In this document: piece after piece, positions 18,822-29,247 of the stretch | How the letters are laid out: every line of letters begins with the position of its first letter | Position numbering within the stretch: the stretch's first letter is position 1 | Assembly: GCA_965240325.2 (NCBI GenBank) | Contig: OZ251225.1 | Coordinates: 3,472,001-3,536,000, forward strand | Direction of reading: 5' to 3' | DNA from: Rebecca billardiae RCC1528 | Lineage: Eukaryota > Protista > Haptophyta | DNA length: 64,000 nucleotides | Program-made: the position numbers and the translations under genes | Notes under the pieces: model-generated | The model's input: the letters and a program-made list of their open reading frames with translations, nothing else | What the model was told of the DNA's origin: nothing | The model's database searches: none

Positions 18822-18898
18822 TAACATTGACATTGTCGTCATTGATGACCCGCGGCCACTTAAGATTGAGGTAGTCATCAATGACAATGTCAATGTTA
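18822..18898. repeat. Inverted repeat/foldback with ~25-bp arms
   Basis: TAACATTGACATTGTC(GTC)ATTGATGAC ... GTCATCAATGACAATGTCAATGTTA. Confidence 0.85.
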
Positions 18899-19305
18899 GT
18901 TATTATTGTTCAGTGAGACTTGAATCAACTTGATTCGGTCCGATTCGGTGAACCCGCGCCGCCTCCCGGGTCTGGTGGGTACCGGACCGCAGTGACCGTC
19001 GCGAGAGACAGTCATGTTGTGCAGACAGAACCGACACTACCGTCATGACTCATGACTCTGATTCCAACGCACGTTTCAATGTTCCGAAATCCGAGGCTCC
19101 GCCCCGCCGAGGTTCCGTTGCCATCCGCCCAGCGCTGTGACTGACAGCGTCTGTGCGAGTCCGGCGACGATCCAGGGACCAGGCCGCCGCCAGCCCGCTG
19201 CCCTGCGTGCTCAGAGCGCACGCATGGGCTGCAGCACGCCAACGACTTGGCCTGCACGGCGCACGGCCTCCCCAGGCTGTTCTGTTGGTGTGCGGACGGG
19301 ACGCC

Positions 19306-19686
19306 TCAATGGCCATGCCCGCCACCCGTTGAGATAAAGCGCAAGCCGCAGTACTTGCACGTGGCTGGCTCGTCGTGGTGGCGTGTGTGCAGCTGGATGT
19401 ACTCGATCGGGTGCCCGAGCGCGCCGCCGCCGCCGTCGCAGATCGCCATGTGCCCCTCCACCTCGATGACCGGGATGGAATGGATGGACTCCTGAGGGGA
19501 CGGCTGGCCCGGAGGGTAGAGCACGCCCATCTCGTGCAGCGGCTCGTCGCGCGCGACGTCGGGCGGGCCGCGATATTGGGCAAGATCGGTGGTCTTCGCA
19601 AGCCCTCGCGCGCGCGCCGGAGCGAACGCAGCCGCGCCCCACGCGCGGATTGCTGGGCGGCCAGACCGCGCAGTCGCTCGCAGCAT
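19306..19686 (-). CDS. NDUFS6: NADH:ubiquinone oxidoreductase 13-kDa zinc-binding subunit
   Basis: Arg/Ala-rich mitochondrial presequence, then IPVIEVEGHMAICDGGGGALGHPIEYIQL...ATCKYCGLRF. Confidence 0.92.
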   Translation of the reverse strand: MLRATARSGRPAIRAWGAAAFAPARARGLAKTTDLAQYRGPPDVARDEPLHEMGVLYPPGQPSPQESIHSIPVIEVEGHMAICDGGGGALGHPIEYIQLHTRHHDEPATCKYCGLRFISTGGGHGH

Positions 19687-19878
19687 GCCTGCCGAGTTCG
19701 CCGAGCGACACAGGGGGCCGAGGCTCCCGGACACTCGCTGGAACTCGAGCCCGGACATTCCGGATCGTCGAGCAGTAGTTCCAAGTTTGACGCCCGGCAC
19801 GCGGCACCAGACTTGCAACGGCAGCAGTTTGCTTGAAGGGGACGTCTCACGCCCGCGTCCTCTTAACCGCCGCGCGCG

Positions 19879-22725
19879 ATGGGCAGCTCCCGCCCGGCCT
19901 CTGCGCGCACGCCGCGTGGCGAGCGGCCTCCATCGAGCGAGCTCGCCGCCGCGCTTGAGGAGTTCGGCCTGCAGCAGTACGCTCGGCCTCTCGCCGAGCT
20001 CGGCTACTCGACGGTCTCGTCGATGCTCCGCGCGCCCGCCACCAAGTGGGACGGCATCATCGCCTCGCTCCGCCCGCTCCCCGGGCACACAGTGCGCCTC
20101 GTCAACGCGGTCGAGGAGCTGCGCGCTAAGCGCATCGCTCTCTCAGCCCACCACGGCGGTCGGGCGCAGCCCGTCTCGGCCGCGCCGCCGCACGCCGCCC
20201 ACTCGTTGAGCAAGTCGCCTTCGCCCACGAGCAGCGGCGCGCACGCGGGCGTCAAGGCCAAGGCCGGCACGGGTCGCGCCTCGCAGATCGCGCGCGCGTA
20301 CGCCAAGCCGCCCAACAAGCCGCGCACGCGCCGCTCCGGCCCCTCGACCAAGCCTCCCCGCCCGCGGGAGCACCCGAGTGGCCTTCCGCGCGTGCCGTTT
20401 GCGCACGCGGCAGCGGCCGTGATGGGCTCAGCGAGGGAGGCGCACGCACACGCGCAGCCCTCGCTCGGCGCGCATCATCCGCACGGCCTCGTGGACGGCG
20501 AGGCCGCCGTCCTCGCCCACCTCGCCGCACGGCACGCCCTCGAGGCGCAGCTGCGCGTGCTCGCGCCGCAGCCTTACCACCGCGTGCAGCTGCCGCCCGG
20601 CGCCGGGCTGCCTCCGCCCTCGGCCGAGGAGGACAGCGCCGAGCTGGACGGGCTTGGCTCTCTCACCAGGCTTGGCATGCTCACGCCGCTGAGCGAGGAG
20701 CCGGGCGAGGAGGATGGGAGCGCTGCGGACTCGGGCGCGGAGGAGGAGCGCGATGCTCGCCCCAAGCAGTCACCCCAGCCCCGGACCCTGCCCGAGCCGG
20801 CTCGCACCAACGAGCGCGCGCACAGCACCGCCGAGCGCGGACCCGATGACACCGCCGCCGCGACGGAGACGGCGGTTGGTGGGGACGCCACCGCTGCGCC
20901 CGCGCCTTCTGCTGCCGTCGAGGCTGCGCCGGCCGCGTCGGATGCCCCGGCTCTCGCGCGGCAGCCGGGTGCGCACGCGCGCGACGCATCCGATGCATCA
21001 GAGCCAGACTCCCCGGCGAGCTCGTCCAGCCCACGGCCCGAGGCGTCTGCCAGCCCAGACCTGAGCGTGCGCGCGCCCTCGCGCTCGCGCTCCGCGCGCT
21101 CCGCGATGGCGGCGGGCTTCCTGGCCAACTCGTTCGACGGCGGGCGTCTGCTCGAGGCTGAGGCGAAGGGGAGCATCGCGCGGCCGAACGCGGCCGAGAC
21201 CTTCCGCTGCGTCTCCCTCGTGTTGCACAAGCACATCTGCGACGGCGCAGACGCGATGCTTCTGCTCTCAGCCGGGGGCTCGCACACGCCCTCGGCCGGG
21301 CCCTCCAGCATGGGCTCCACGGCCGCGCACACGCCGAATGGCTCGGCGCCGCAGTCGGGCGCGGGGTCCGCGACGGTCTCAGACTCGAGCGACGACGAGG
21401 GCTCAGACTACGGCTCGTTCTACTCAGACGGCTTCGAGAGCGAGGAGCTGCCGGACTCGGAGGAGGAGGAGGGGGAGGACGAGGTCGGCGCTGCCCGTGA
21501 GGCGCACGGTGCCGGCCGAGCGCGCGCGGAGCGCGCACGCGCTGGCAGTCCGGCAGTCCGGCAGCACGCGGACGAGCTGTCGCGCGCGACGGAGCAGGGC
21601 GCGCAGCCGACGGACGACGCATGCGAGCTGAGCAACAGCAGCAGTAGCACCGACGCGACTGACGACGCGAGCACCTCGAGCACCGAGCCCAGCGCGTTGC
21701 ACCCCACCTCCTCGTCTTCGGAGGCGGGGGAGATGGCGCGCGTGGCGCTCGCAGCCGCGTGCGCGCAGGAGGACGCTCTCGAGGAGCTGCGCGCGCGGCA
21801 GCCGGTGCCGCTGCAGATGAGCGCGCAGTCGCCCGCGCTCGCCGCGGGCACGCGCATCGCGCTCGAGGCGTCGGTGGCCGCGTCGAGCGGGCAGCCCGTC
21901 ACCTTCGACCCACTGCTCACACCGGTGCAGGAGGCCTCGGGCGGCGGCCCCGCCGCAGACTCGACCGACGCCGCGGTGCTCGGCGCGTCCGCCCTGTGGA
22001 AGGGCGCGCACGCCTGGCGCGCGCCCGAGGGTGCTGAGACGATCTTCGACGAGGCGCAGCACCCGCTCGGCGCGGGGAAGCGCACGAGCTTCGGGCTCCC
22101 AACCGTCGCCGAGGTGAGCACGTTTGTGCGCAACGTGTGCGTGGGCACGCGCATGGGCGCGGAGGCCAACATCGTCGGCCTGGCGTACATTGAGCGGCTG
22201 CTCTCCACGGGCAAGGTGCAGCTTGGCGCGCGCACGTGGCGGCGGGTCGTGCTCGCCGCGTGGCTGCTCGCGGGCAAGGTGCGCGCGCAGCGCTGCGCGC
22301 GCGCCAGCGCGACACCATCGGCGCGTCTCCTCCTACCTCGCGCCTCGCACCGCAGGCCCCGCGCTCACGCGCCGTGTGCGCCCTCCCTCGATCGCGCGCG
22401 CGCGCGCGGCACGCAGATGTGGGACGACGACAGCTTCGACAACCGCGAGTTCGCGCAGCAGTTCTTGCTGTTCGAGAAGGACATCACCGATCTGGAGGCG
22501 GCGTTCCTTCGCGCAGTGGGCTACGACCTCTCGCTCTCGCCGTCGGCGTATGCCCGCTACTACTTCATGCTGCGCGCGCTCTCGCAGCGCGAGGCGCACG
22601 AATTCCCGCTCCGCCCGCTGGACGAGCGCATCGCGTGGAGGTGCGCGGTGTCGAGCAAGCAGCAGCGCCTGCTCTTTGGTGACGTGATGAACAGCATCAA
22701 CCTGTCCGCGTCGCACGTGCTGTGA
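19879..22725 (+). CDS. SAM domain + long low-complexity linker + cyclin Y-like cyclin box; in-frame intron 22279-22416
   Basis: SAM: LEEFGLQQYARPLAELGY...PGHTVRLVNAV. Cyclin Y-like: IVGLAYIERLL...TWRRVVLAAWLLAGK|MWDD...LEAAFL.AVGYDL..SPSAYARYYF.LR. Confidence 0.8.
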   Translation: MGSSRPASARTPRGERPPSSELAAALEEFGLQQYARPLAELGYSTVSSMLRAPATKWDGIIASLRPLPGHTVRLVNAVEELRAKRIALSAHHGGRAQPVSAAPPHAAHSLSKSPSPTSSGAHAGVKAKAGTGRASQIARAYAKPPNKPRTRRSGPSTKPPRPREHPSGLPRVPFAHAAAAVMGSAREAHAHAQPSLGAHHPHGLVDGEAAVLAHLAARHALEAQLRVLAPQPYHRVQLPPGAGLPPPSAEEDSAELDGLGSLTRLGMLTPLSEEPGEEDGSAADSGAEEERDARPKQSPQPRTLPEPARTNERAHSTAERGPDDTAAATETAVGGDATAAPAPSAAVEAAPAASDAPALARQPGAHARDASDASEPDSPASSSSPRPEASASPDLSVRAPSRSRSARSAMAAGFLANSFDGGRLLEAEAKGSIARPNAAETFRCVSLVLHKHICDGADAMLLLSAGGSHTPSAGPSSMGSTAAHTPNGSAPQSGAGSATVSDSSDDEGSDYGSFYSDGFESEELPDSEEEEGEDEVGAAREAHGAGRARAERARAGSPAVRQHADELSRATEQGAQPTDDACELSNSSSSTDATDDASTSSTEPSALHPTSSSSEAGEMARVALAAACAQEDALEELRARQPVPLQMSAQSPALAAGTRIALEASVAASSGQPVTFDPLLTPVQEASGGGPAADSTDAAVLGASALWKGAHAWRAPEGAETIFDEAQHPLGAGKRTSFGLPTVAEVSTFVRNVCVGTRMGAEANIVGLAYIERLLSTGKVQLGARTWRRVVLAAWLLAGKVRAQRCARASATPSARLLLPRASHRRPRAHAPCAPSLDRARARGTQMWDDDSFDNREFAQQFLLFEKDITDLEAAFLRAVGYDLSLSPSAYARYYFMLRALSQREAHEFPLRPLDERIAWRCAVSSKQQRLLFGDVMNSINLSASHVL

Positions 22726-23463
22726 AGCCCGTGCGCGCTCTGACAACGTGTGACCAGGCCGACGACTGGTAGCCCGAATGATGCCAGGCTACTAAGCAGC
22801 CTGTGGGTGATCCTGGATCACCGTCTGACCCTACAAGCCGTGGGTCCGACGAGCAAGGTTGGCTGCGCCGCAGCAGTGTGGCCGTCAGAACGGTGATCCT
22901 GGCCGCTACTTGCCCAGCCTTCCCATGCGCAGCCGCGGCACCGGGCACCTGGCGCGCCGCCGCCGGCGGTCGAGTACGCCGTACCGGGCCACGGGGGCGT
23001 GGACGTGGACGTGAGAGTGGTCGAAAAGTCGGAAGGGAAGCTGTCACTCACACACACGCGCTCGTTCGGCGACGCCGACCGGCGTGTGGCACGCCCCCCG
23101 GTCCCAGACGTGCCACGCGCGCCTAGGATCGCGTGGGACGGGCATGCGCCCGCCCGCCATGGCTTCCCTTTCGAGAATCGAGGTGGGAAAACTTCTCTGG
23201 GACCCCCCTTGTATCGAGACAGTTCGCTTGTTGTTGGAGACGACGCACCAGATAGGACGAGACAATCGGCACAGCCGTCTCACTTTTTCGCGATGAACAA
23301 GATGTGACCTGCGGACAATTAGGCGTCTCGCATCCGTACAGTAATAAAGGGTAATCAGACTGTAAAGGACGATGGGTAATCAGTAATAGGCGCACCCAGG
23401 TGCCGACCGTTGCGGAATGCGGCTGTGCGCGCAAGCCCGCGAATCCGCGTCTTTCTCGACGAG

Positions 23464-24330
23464 ATGCCGACGTCCTTGGACCTCCGCCTCGTTCTCGCTC
23501 TCGCTGGCTCTGCGTTCGCCTCGGCCGAGTTCAAATGCGGCGCTTACTGGGACCCTTCTGTCGCCGGCGGCGTTTGTGACTCGGGCTCGTCGCAGTCCCC
23601 GATCGACATCTCGACGGCATCGATCACAGATGCGGACACGTGCGCGCGCGAAGCGCACCGTCCGCGTGCTACCAGCGCCCCGCGCGCAGTGTGCTCACCG
23701 CACGCGCGCACGACGCACGCGCAACCCACGCGCATCGCGTACAGGACGGAGCTCAAACTTGAGATGCACTACCCGAATGGCGTGCCTGTCACGTGGGATG
23801 GCCACAAGTGGGTGATCTACGACAAGCAGGCGTACGTGATGGCCAATGGCAACAAGTTTGAGCTCATCCAGTTCCACATGCACGCGCCGTCTGAGCACAC
23901 GATCAATGGCGTGCACACCGCGGCCGAGGTGCACTTTGTCCACCAGAACCCGATCACCGGCCAGCTTCTCGTCGTCGGCGTCATGTTCTCCGGTGGAGAG
24001 GATGTTGCCGAGTCGTCATTCCTGGACCAGCTCGCCTACTCTGCGCATGAGACACACGGCCACACGCGGTACTACGTGGAGCTCGCTGCGAACCCGATCA
24101 AGACGGCTATCGAGTCGAAGGGCTACTATACGTATTCTGGGTCTCTCACCACCGCGCCGTGCAGCGAGAATCTCATCTGGGTCGTGAGCAAGCACGTGGA
24201 GAGCGCCTCCAGTGCCCAGGTCTGCGACTTCCAAGCGACCAAGCACCTCTTCGAGCATACTCGGCCGCCGCAGCCGCTCAATGGCCGTGTGGTCAAGTCG
24301 AGCGAGTGGTACAAGCAGGACCAGCCGTGA
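23464..24330 (+). CDS. Alpha-type carbonic anhydrase with signal peptide; in-frame intron 23640-23744
   Basis: QSPIDI, QFHMHAPSEH, AEVHFVH (three Zn-binding His), YSGSLTTAPCSE and RPPQPLNGR. Confidence 0.93.
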   Translation: MPTSLDLRLVLALAGSAFASAEFKCGAYWDPSVAGGVCDSGSSQSPIDISTASITDADTCAREAHRPRATSAPRAVCSPHARTTHAQPTRIAYRTELKLEMHYPNGVPVTWDGHKWVIYDKQAYVMANGNKFELIQFHMHAPSEHTINGVHTAAEVHFVHQNPITGQLLVVGVMFSGGEDVAESSFLDQLAYSAHETHGHTRYYVELAANPIKTAIESKGYYTYSGSLTTAPCSENLIWVVSKHVESASSAQVCDFQATKHLFEHTRPPQPLNGRVVKSSEWYKQDQP

Positions 24331-24649
24331 ACAACGATGCTGAAACGACTAGAGTGTATATCTGAGTAGTTAAGTAGCAGTAGTAAATACTAAATATAGT
24401 GGCGGCGCGCACAACAGGATTGGGCTGATGACTGAGTCACTGACGATTTTTAATCGTCGTCGCAGAATATATAATTAATAGTGCTGCCAACGCCAATAAC
24501 TACGACAAACGGTTCGTTGTTCAACTACGCCAGTATAGCGCGGCACTGTACATCCGTATAGCCGCAAGTTTTGAACGGAGGCCCTGCAGGCTGCACACTA
24601 CATTAGCCACAGGTCCTCATCTGGCTCGGCGGCAGTGCGATCTGATGAA

Positions 24650-24667
24650 GTCTCTCTCTCTCTCTCA

Positions 24668-24736
<69 letters not shown>

Positions 24737-24751
24737 TCTCTCTCTCTCTCT
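24650..24751. repeat. (TC)n microsatellite
   Basis: Directly visible. Confidence 0.95.
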
Positions 24752-24753
24752 AG

Positions 24754-26163
24754 CTAGGGGTGACGCCAGGCCGCACCGGTCACACCCCATGGCCCATCGT
24801 AGTCGTCAGACTCATTGGCGTCATCATTATTGACAGTCCCAGCAGTCGTAGTGTCGCAACGCATGGGCCCACCACTCGATTGATGGCCAGCTGCGAGACC
24901 TTCTGCCACGACTGCCGCAGAAGGCAGCAGGCTACCATAAGCACCCCAACTTGTGCAACGGCACTCCCGGAGGCCGAGGCTGCTCATGACATTGCGGTGT
25001 GGCAATGCCGCAGAGGTGCTCCTGTTCTCCGTTGTGCAGGAGACGTTGGTCCTCGAAAATCCAGGCAAGCCTACTGCTGCGTGCGGCAGTCCAGACCATA
25101 CAACCCCACGCGGTGGGCATGCATCTCGGAGGGGCTCTTGCCCAAGCACACACGGATCAGAGGCCAACAGCAGCACGTCTCGCGTTGCGCGCAGGTGCTG
25201 CCGCCCCAACTGCAGCGAGTCCAGGCCTTCTAGACGCAGGTTGAGCGCCACTGTGCCGTCAACGGCTGGAACATAGAACACGTACTGGGCGAGCTCGCCG
25301 GCAGTACGTGCAAGCGGGGGCTCGAGCGGCCCGCCCCACCTCTCGACCTGCTCGATCGCACCCAGGTCGATGGCGCGCTGCACGCACCAGCGGTGGCGCT
25401 CCCAATACGCGCCAGGGCCCGTGAGCGCCTCCTCCGGTGGTGTCCCGGAGGCCGCCATGGCGGTGCGGTCGATGAGGACCACGTCGCCGCGGCGCGTGGG
25501 TGCGAGCAGCACGCATAGCCCGGCTTTCGTCCACGTGGAATTGCGCGTCAGCTCGTCATGTCGCAGCGGGCGCCCGGTGCTGAGCTCGCGGGCAGTATGG
25601 AAGCGCGAGATCGCGTCACGCTCGCGCATGCGAATGGTGCGGCCGACGTCCAGCCACGCACCCGTGCCACGCGCGACGTTGAACCAGCAGCCATAACCTC
25701 GACCTTCCGGGAAGATGCTCTCAGCTGCTTCGCGGGTCACCTCCACGAGCGCGTGCGACGAGGCGGCTGCGGTGGCGACTTTCCGGCGCTGGATGAAAAT
25801 GCCAGGGCACACCAGCGTGGTGCGTGTCTTTCGTCGCTGCACGTGCACGCCAGGGCAGAACAGGCCGTTTTCGATGGTAAGGCCATTGAAGACGTTGAAA
25901 GCACTCACATTCACGCGGCCCACTGCCTTTCGGCCGTAAAGCGCAGCGACGTAGGCCTCCCACGGCGCCCACTTCACCGCTGGCGAGGTTGCGTCCGGGA
26001 GGCTGTGCTCAAACGCTTCCCACACGCTGCAGTTGGGCAGGCTGTACACCGCACGCTCGCACCAGGCGTCCAGAGGCTGCTCCGGACGCCATTCGAGAGC
26101 GCTATGCGAGAGCACGCTGAGGCCGGGCGTCAGGCCGACTGCTACGAAGAGCAGTGGACCCAT
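24754..26163 (-). CDS. Secreted Cys/Trp-rich protein of unknown family (paralog A)
   Basis: Signal-like N-terminus. Shares LPNCSV..AF..SLP, WAPW..YV.ALY and VEV.R...PEG.GYGCWF..ARG.G.W with the neighbouring gene. Confidence 0.72.
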   Translation of the reverse strand: MGPLLFVAVGLTPGLSVLSHSALEWRPEQPLDAWCERAVYSLPNCSVWEAFEHSLPDATSPAVKWAPWEAYVAALYGRKAVGRVNVSAFNVFNGLTIENGLFCPGVHVQRRKTRTTLVCPGIFIQRRKVATAAASSHALVEVTREAAESIFPEGRGYGCWFNVARGTGAWLDVGRTIRMRERDAISRFHTARELSTGRPLRHDELTRNSTWTKAGLCVLLAPTRRGDVVLIDRTAMAASGTPPEEALTGPGAYWERHRWCVQRAIDLGAIEQVERWGGPLEPPLARTAGELAQYVFYVPAVDGTVALNLRLEGLDSLQLGRQHLRATRDVLLLASDPCVLGQEPLRDACPPRGVVWSGLPHAAVGLPGFSRTNVSCTTENRSTSAALPHRNVMSSLGLRECRCTSWGAYGSLLPSAAVVAEGLAAGHQSSGGPMRCDTTTAGTVNNDDANESDDYDGPWGVTGAAWRHP

Positions 26164-26324
26164 TCTCTCAAGCCAGGGGCAGCTCAGGCCGCCGCCATCG
26201 TTCTGTAGTGTACTGAATCTCGCCTGCCTGAGCTGTGTGCGTCTCTTATTCTTAGTAAACTGTACAATCGTCGTTCTCCACGGACGGCTCCATCAGTCCA
26301 TCACTCGCCAGCGATGGCGGGCCG

Positions 26325-27701
26325 ATGGCCGCCGTGTGGACAGCCACCTTGTTAGCTCTGGGCACGCTGTGGGGGCCGAGCGTGCGCGTGCTACCGTGTG
26401 CGGGCCACGTTGTCGTGCTTCCGAACTGCTCCGTCGCCGCCGCATTCCTGAACTCGCTTCCCGGCCCGGAGAGCTCGCCGGCAGCCTGGGCCCCGTGGGC
26501 CCAATACGTCACAGCGCTTTACTCCACCGAGCGAGCCGTGGGGCGCGTGGACATGCGGGCGTTCGAGCTGATCCGCGGTGTCTCGCTCTACGCCAGGCGG
26601 CGCGACTACACCAAGTCGCTCGAGTGCAGCGCGTTTCAGCTGCACATGGCGGGGCACTACTCCAATGCAAAATCCAAGCACCCAGCCATCATTGTGCGAC
26701 ACGACAAAGCCCGGGTTGCACCAGCAGTGCGCGACCTGGGCGGATGGGTCGAGGTGTACCGTGGGGCGGCAATCAATCGGCCAGAGGGCATGGGGTACGG
26801 GTGCTGGTTCTACGCAGCTCGTGGCGCTGGCATGTGGGTCCCTTCCGGCCGGATGGCACGGGCAACGCGGCCGGAAGCGCGCGCTCTGTTTGGGCGTGCT
26901 CGTGGTCTCGGCACGGACACCGTGGCGAGTGTGAGCGAGCTCGCGGCCGGAAGCTTCCGGCAATTTTCGTGCTTCTGGACGCGCGAGGGTTGCAGCACGA
27001 GCCCGGGGCTCCCGGGCGCCACCGAGTGGGCCACGCTGGTTGGGCTGGTGAACTACACCCTGGGCGACGCCTTGCGCGCTCGCGGCGTCCAGTCTGCCAG
27101 TGCAGCGTGCGCGCCGCTCATGCAAGCGGCTGCTGCAGCTGGACACGGTGTGCACGACGGCTGTACGTGGCTGCTACCTTATCGGGACGGTGCCTGGGCC
27201 ATGGGGTTGGTGCGTGAGCAGTATGACAGCCTGCTGGTCAGCAGCACCACACAGCGGAATGCGTCGCTCCGAGGTAGCGCTCAGCTCGTTGAGCTCCTGG
27301 TGGCCACGAAGGCGTGCATGCGATCGCCTCGGCAGCTTCTCGACTGCCCCCCGCCAGGCCTCGTCGTCTCGGGGCTGCCCGCTGATGAGCGCGTCGGGGC
27401 GCGACCATGCTCGTGCACGGACGGCAATAAGACAGCTGGGAGTCCGGATGAGGGCGACGAACTGGATGAGGATCGTGGCATCAGTGCCAAGCTGGACGGC
27501 TACGCTGGTGGCAAACCTGGCGTTGGCAGCGTTGGTCCAGGGGATGGCAAATTGGGCCGTGGGCTGCGCCGACGAGCACCCAAACAGCCAGCTGCCGAGC
27601 AGCTGAGCAGCACACAATCGCACCAGCCGCATTCATTTGCGTCCGACTTTTGGATCTGCGCTGATTGCGAGCGCTTTCTGCCCGCCGCCGCCGCACTGTG
27701 A
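26325..27701 (+). CDS. Secreted Cys/Trp-rich protein of unknown family (paralog B)
   Basis: Signal-like N-terminus. Same conserved blocks as 24754-26163. Confidence 0.72.
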   Translation: MAAVWTATLLALGTLWGPSVRVLPCAGHVVVLPNCSVAAAFLNSLPGPESSPAAWAPWAQYVTALYSTERAVGRVDMRAFELIRGVSLYARRRDYTKSLECSAFQLHMAGHYSNAKSKHPAIIVRHDKARVAPAVRDLGGWVEVYRGAAINRPEGMGYGCWFYAARGAGMWVPSGRMARATRPEARALFGRARGLGTDTVASVSELAAGSFRQFSCFWTREGCSTSPGLPGATEWATLVGLVNYTLGDALRARGVQSASAACAPLMQAAAAAGHGVHDGCTWLLPYRDGAWAMGLVREQYDSLLVSSTTQRNASLRGSAQLVELLVATKACMRSPRQLLDCPPPGLVVSGLPADERVGARPCSCTDGNKTAGSPDEGDELDEDRGISAKLDGYAGGKPGVGSVGPGDGKLGRGLRRRAPKQPAAEQLSSTQSHQPHSFASDFWICADCERFLPAAAAL

Positions 27702-28184
27702 TGCCCCGTGCGCGAAGCCGTGAATCTGAGTCGTTCGGACCAGACAGCAGTGACTAGTAGTAATGACTTACTATTTAGTGAGCGGCCGGGCCGCCCGGGC
27801 CCGCGGCCGGGCCGGGGCCAGCCGGCCGGCCGGCCGGGGCGGCGGGCGGGGGTGGCCGACATATGCAGCAAGCTCAATAGTAACATGCGTCACACGGCCG
27901 TGTCTGTCGTCTGAGGGCGAGTGTCCGACTTCAGTTGTCAGCGCCGGCCGCCGCCGAGCGCGCGCCGTGAGTCGCGGCGGCGACTCGGGCGCCCAGCGAC
28001 TAGCAGATGGCTATACAGTTAGCAGCCGTATAAGCTAGATATTAAGGCTGATGACTGCAAACTAGTTACTACTGCTCACTCATGCCAGCCGGCAGCGGCG
28101 TCCGATGGGCCGCCGGGGTCACGTATCACTTGCGCGACTGATTCGTCATCAGCTTCACTACGGGTGGCGCATTTATGACTCAGT

Positions 28185-28305
28185 CTATGATGATGTAAAG
28201 ACACAGGCACGAGGGCGCAGCTCTCCTGATTCGTCTGTCGTGGTACTGGTCGAAGCTTGAGGTAGTGGTGGTGTGAGCACGTTGACGGTTGATCGCCAGG
28301 GATGA
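28185..28305. repeat. Dispersed repeat, copy 1 (copy 2 at 60951-61089; short copy at 14330-14351)
   Basis: 45 identical nt at 28196-28240 and 60959-61003, with patchy similarity beyond. Confidence 0.85.
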
Positions 28306-29247
28306 TGTCGTTGTTGTTGTCGTCGACGTCGTCAGGCCCGGCAGGCAGTAGGTACCAAGTCAAAGACGGGTGGGCATGGTGGTGCCGTCGAGGGTGTCGC
28401 CTACTTGGTCAGCAGCAGATGGATGATGATGCGATAGATATTAGTGGTTGGCCTCGCCGTTGATGTGGACTGGGTTCCCTGTTCCGAGTAAGTGGTGGAT
28501 GATGCAGCAGTACAGTAGTTGGCCTTGCTGTTGAGGATTGACTCGGACTGGTTCAGGTACTTGTGGGAGATGGTCGTGTCTCTGCTGGGCCTGGTAGTTC
28601 TGGTTGAGCTCGTCCTTCCCCCTCCCCCCCCCCCCTCCCCCAGCGTGGGTGTGGGGCAGTTCCCAGCCCCGTCCCCAGCTGGGCCTGGCCAGCCTGGCCC
28701 TGGGCCTGGGGCCCGCCTACTGGCTAGGCTGCGTTCTGCCTGCTGGGGGCTGCTGCAGAAGTCAGGGGGCCTGGCCTGGTTGCGCCCTGGCCGATGGGAC
28801 TGTGGTCTTGGTCTTGAGACTCTTAGTGTAATGGCCTTGCTGCCAGTGGTCTCCGAGATGACCCTGCCAGCTGCCCCTGCCCCTGCGGTCCGACCAGGTG
28901 CCCCTGCGGGCCTGTGGCTGCTGCCAGCCAGCTGGCCACCCGGGCCCAGGGTCCCCGGTAGTTAGCACAGACAGCCACAGGCACAGTGTCAGTGGGTGGC
29001 GTGCCCACTGACCGCTCCTCGCTGCAGTTATTCAGGCATTAATTGACGATGGCTATTTTTTTCAAAATAAACAGCAGTCGTCAGAGTACTCAGAGCAGTG
29101 GACACTGACACTGACAGACGACCGACGGACGCGGGACGGTCAGTGAGGTCACGGACGGTCCTGACTCTGACTGTCCGACGGACGGAGTCGCGACCGGAGT
29201 GTGACGGATCGACGCCGGCAATCGCGGGCAATAAGGAGCTGTCACGT

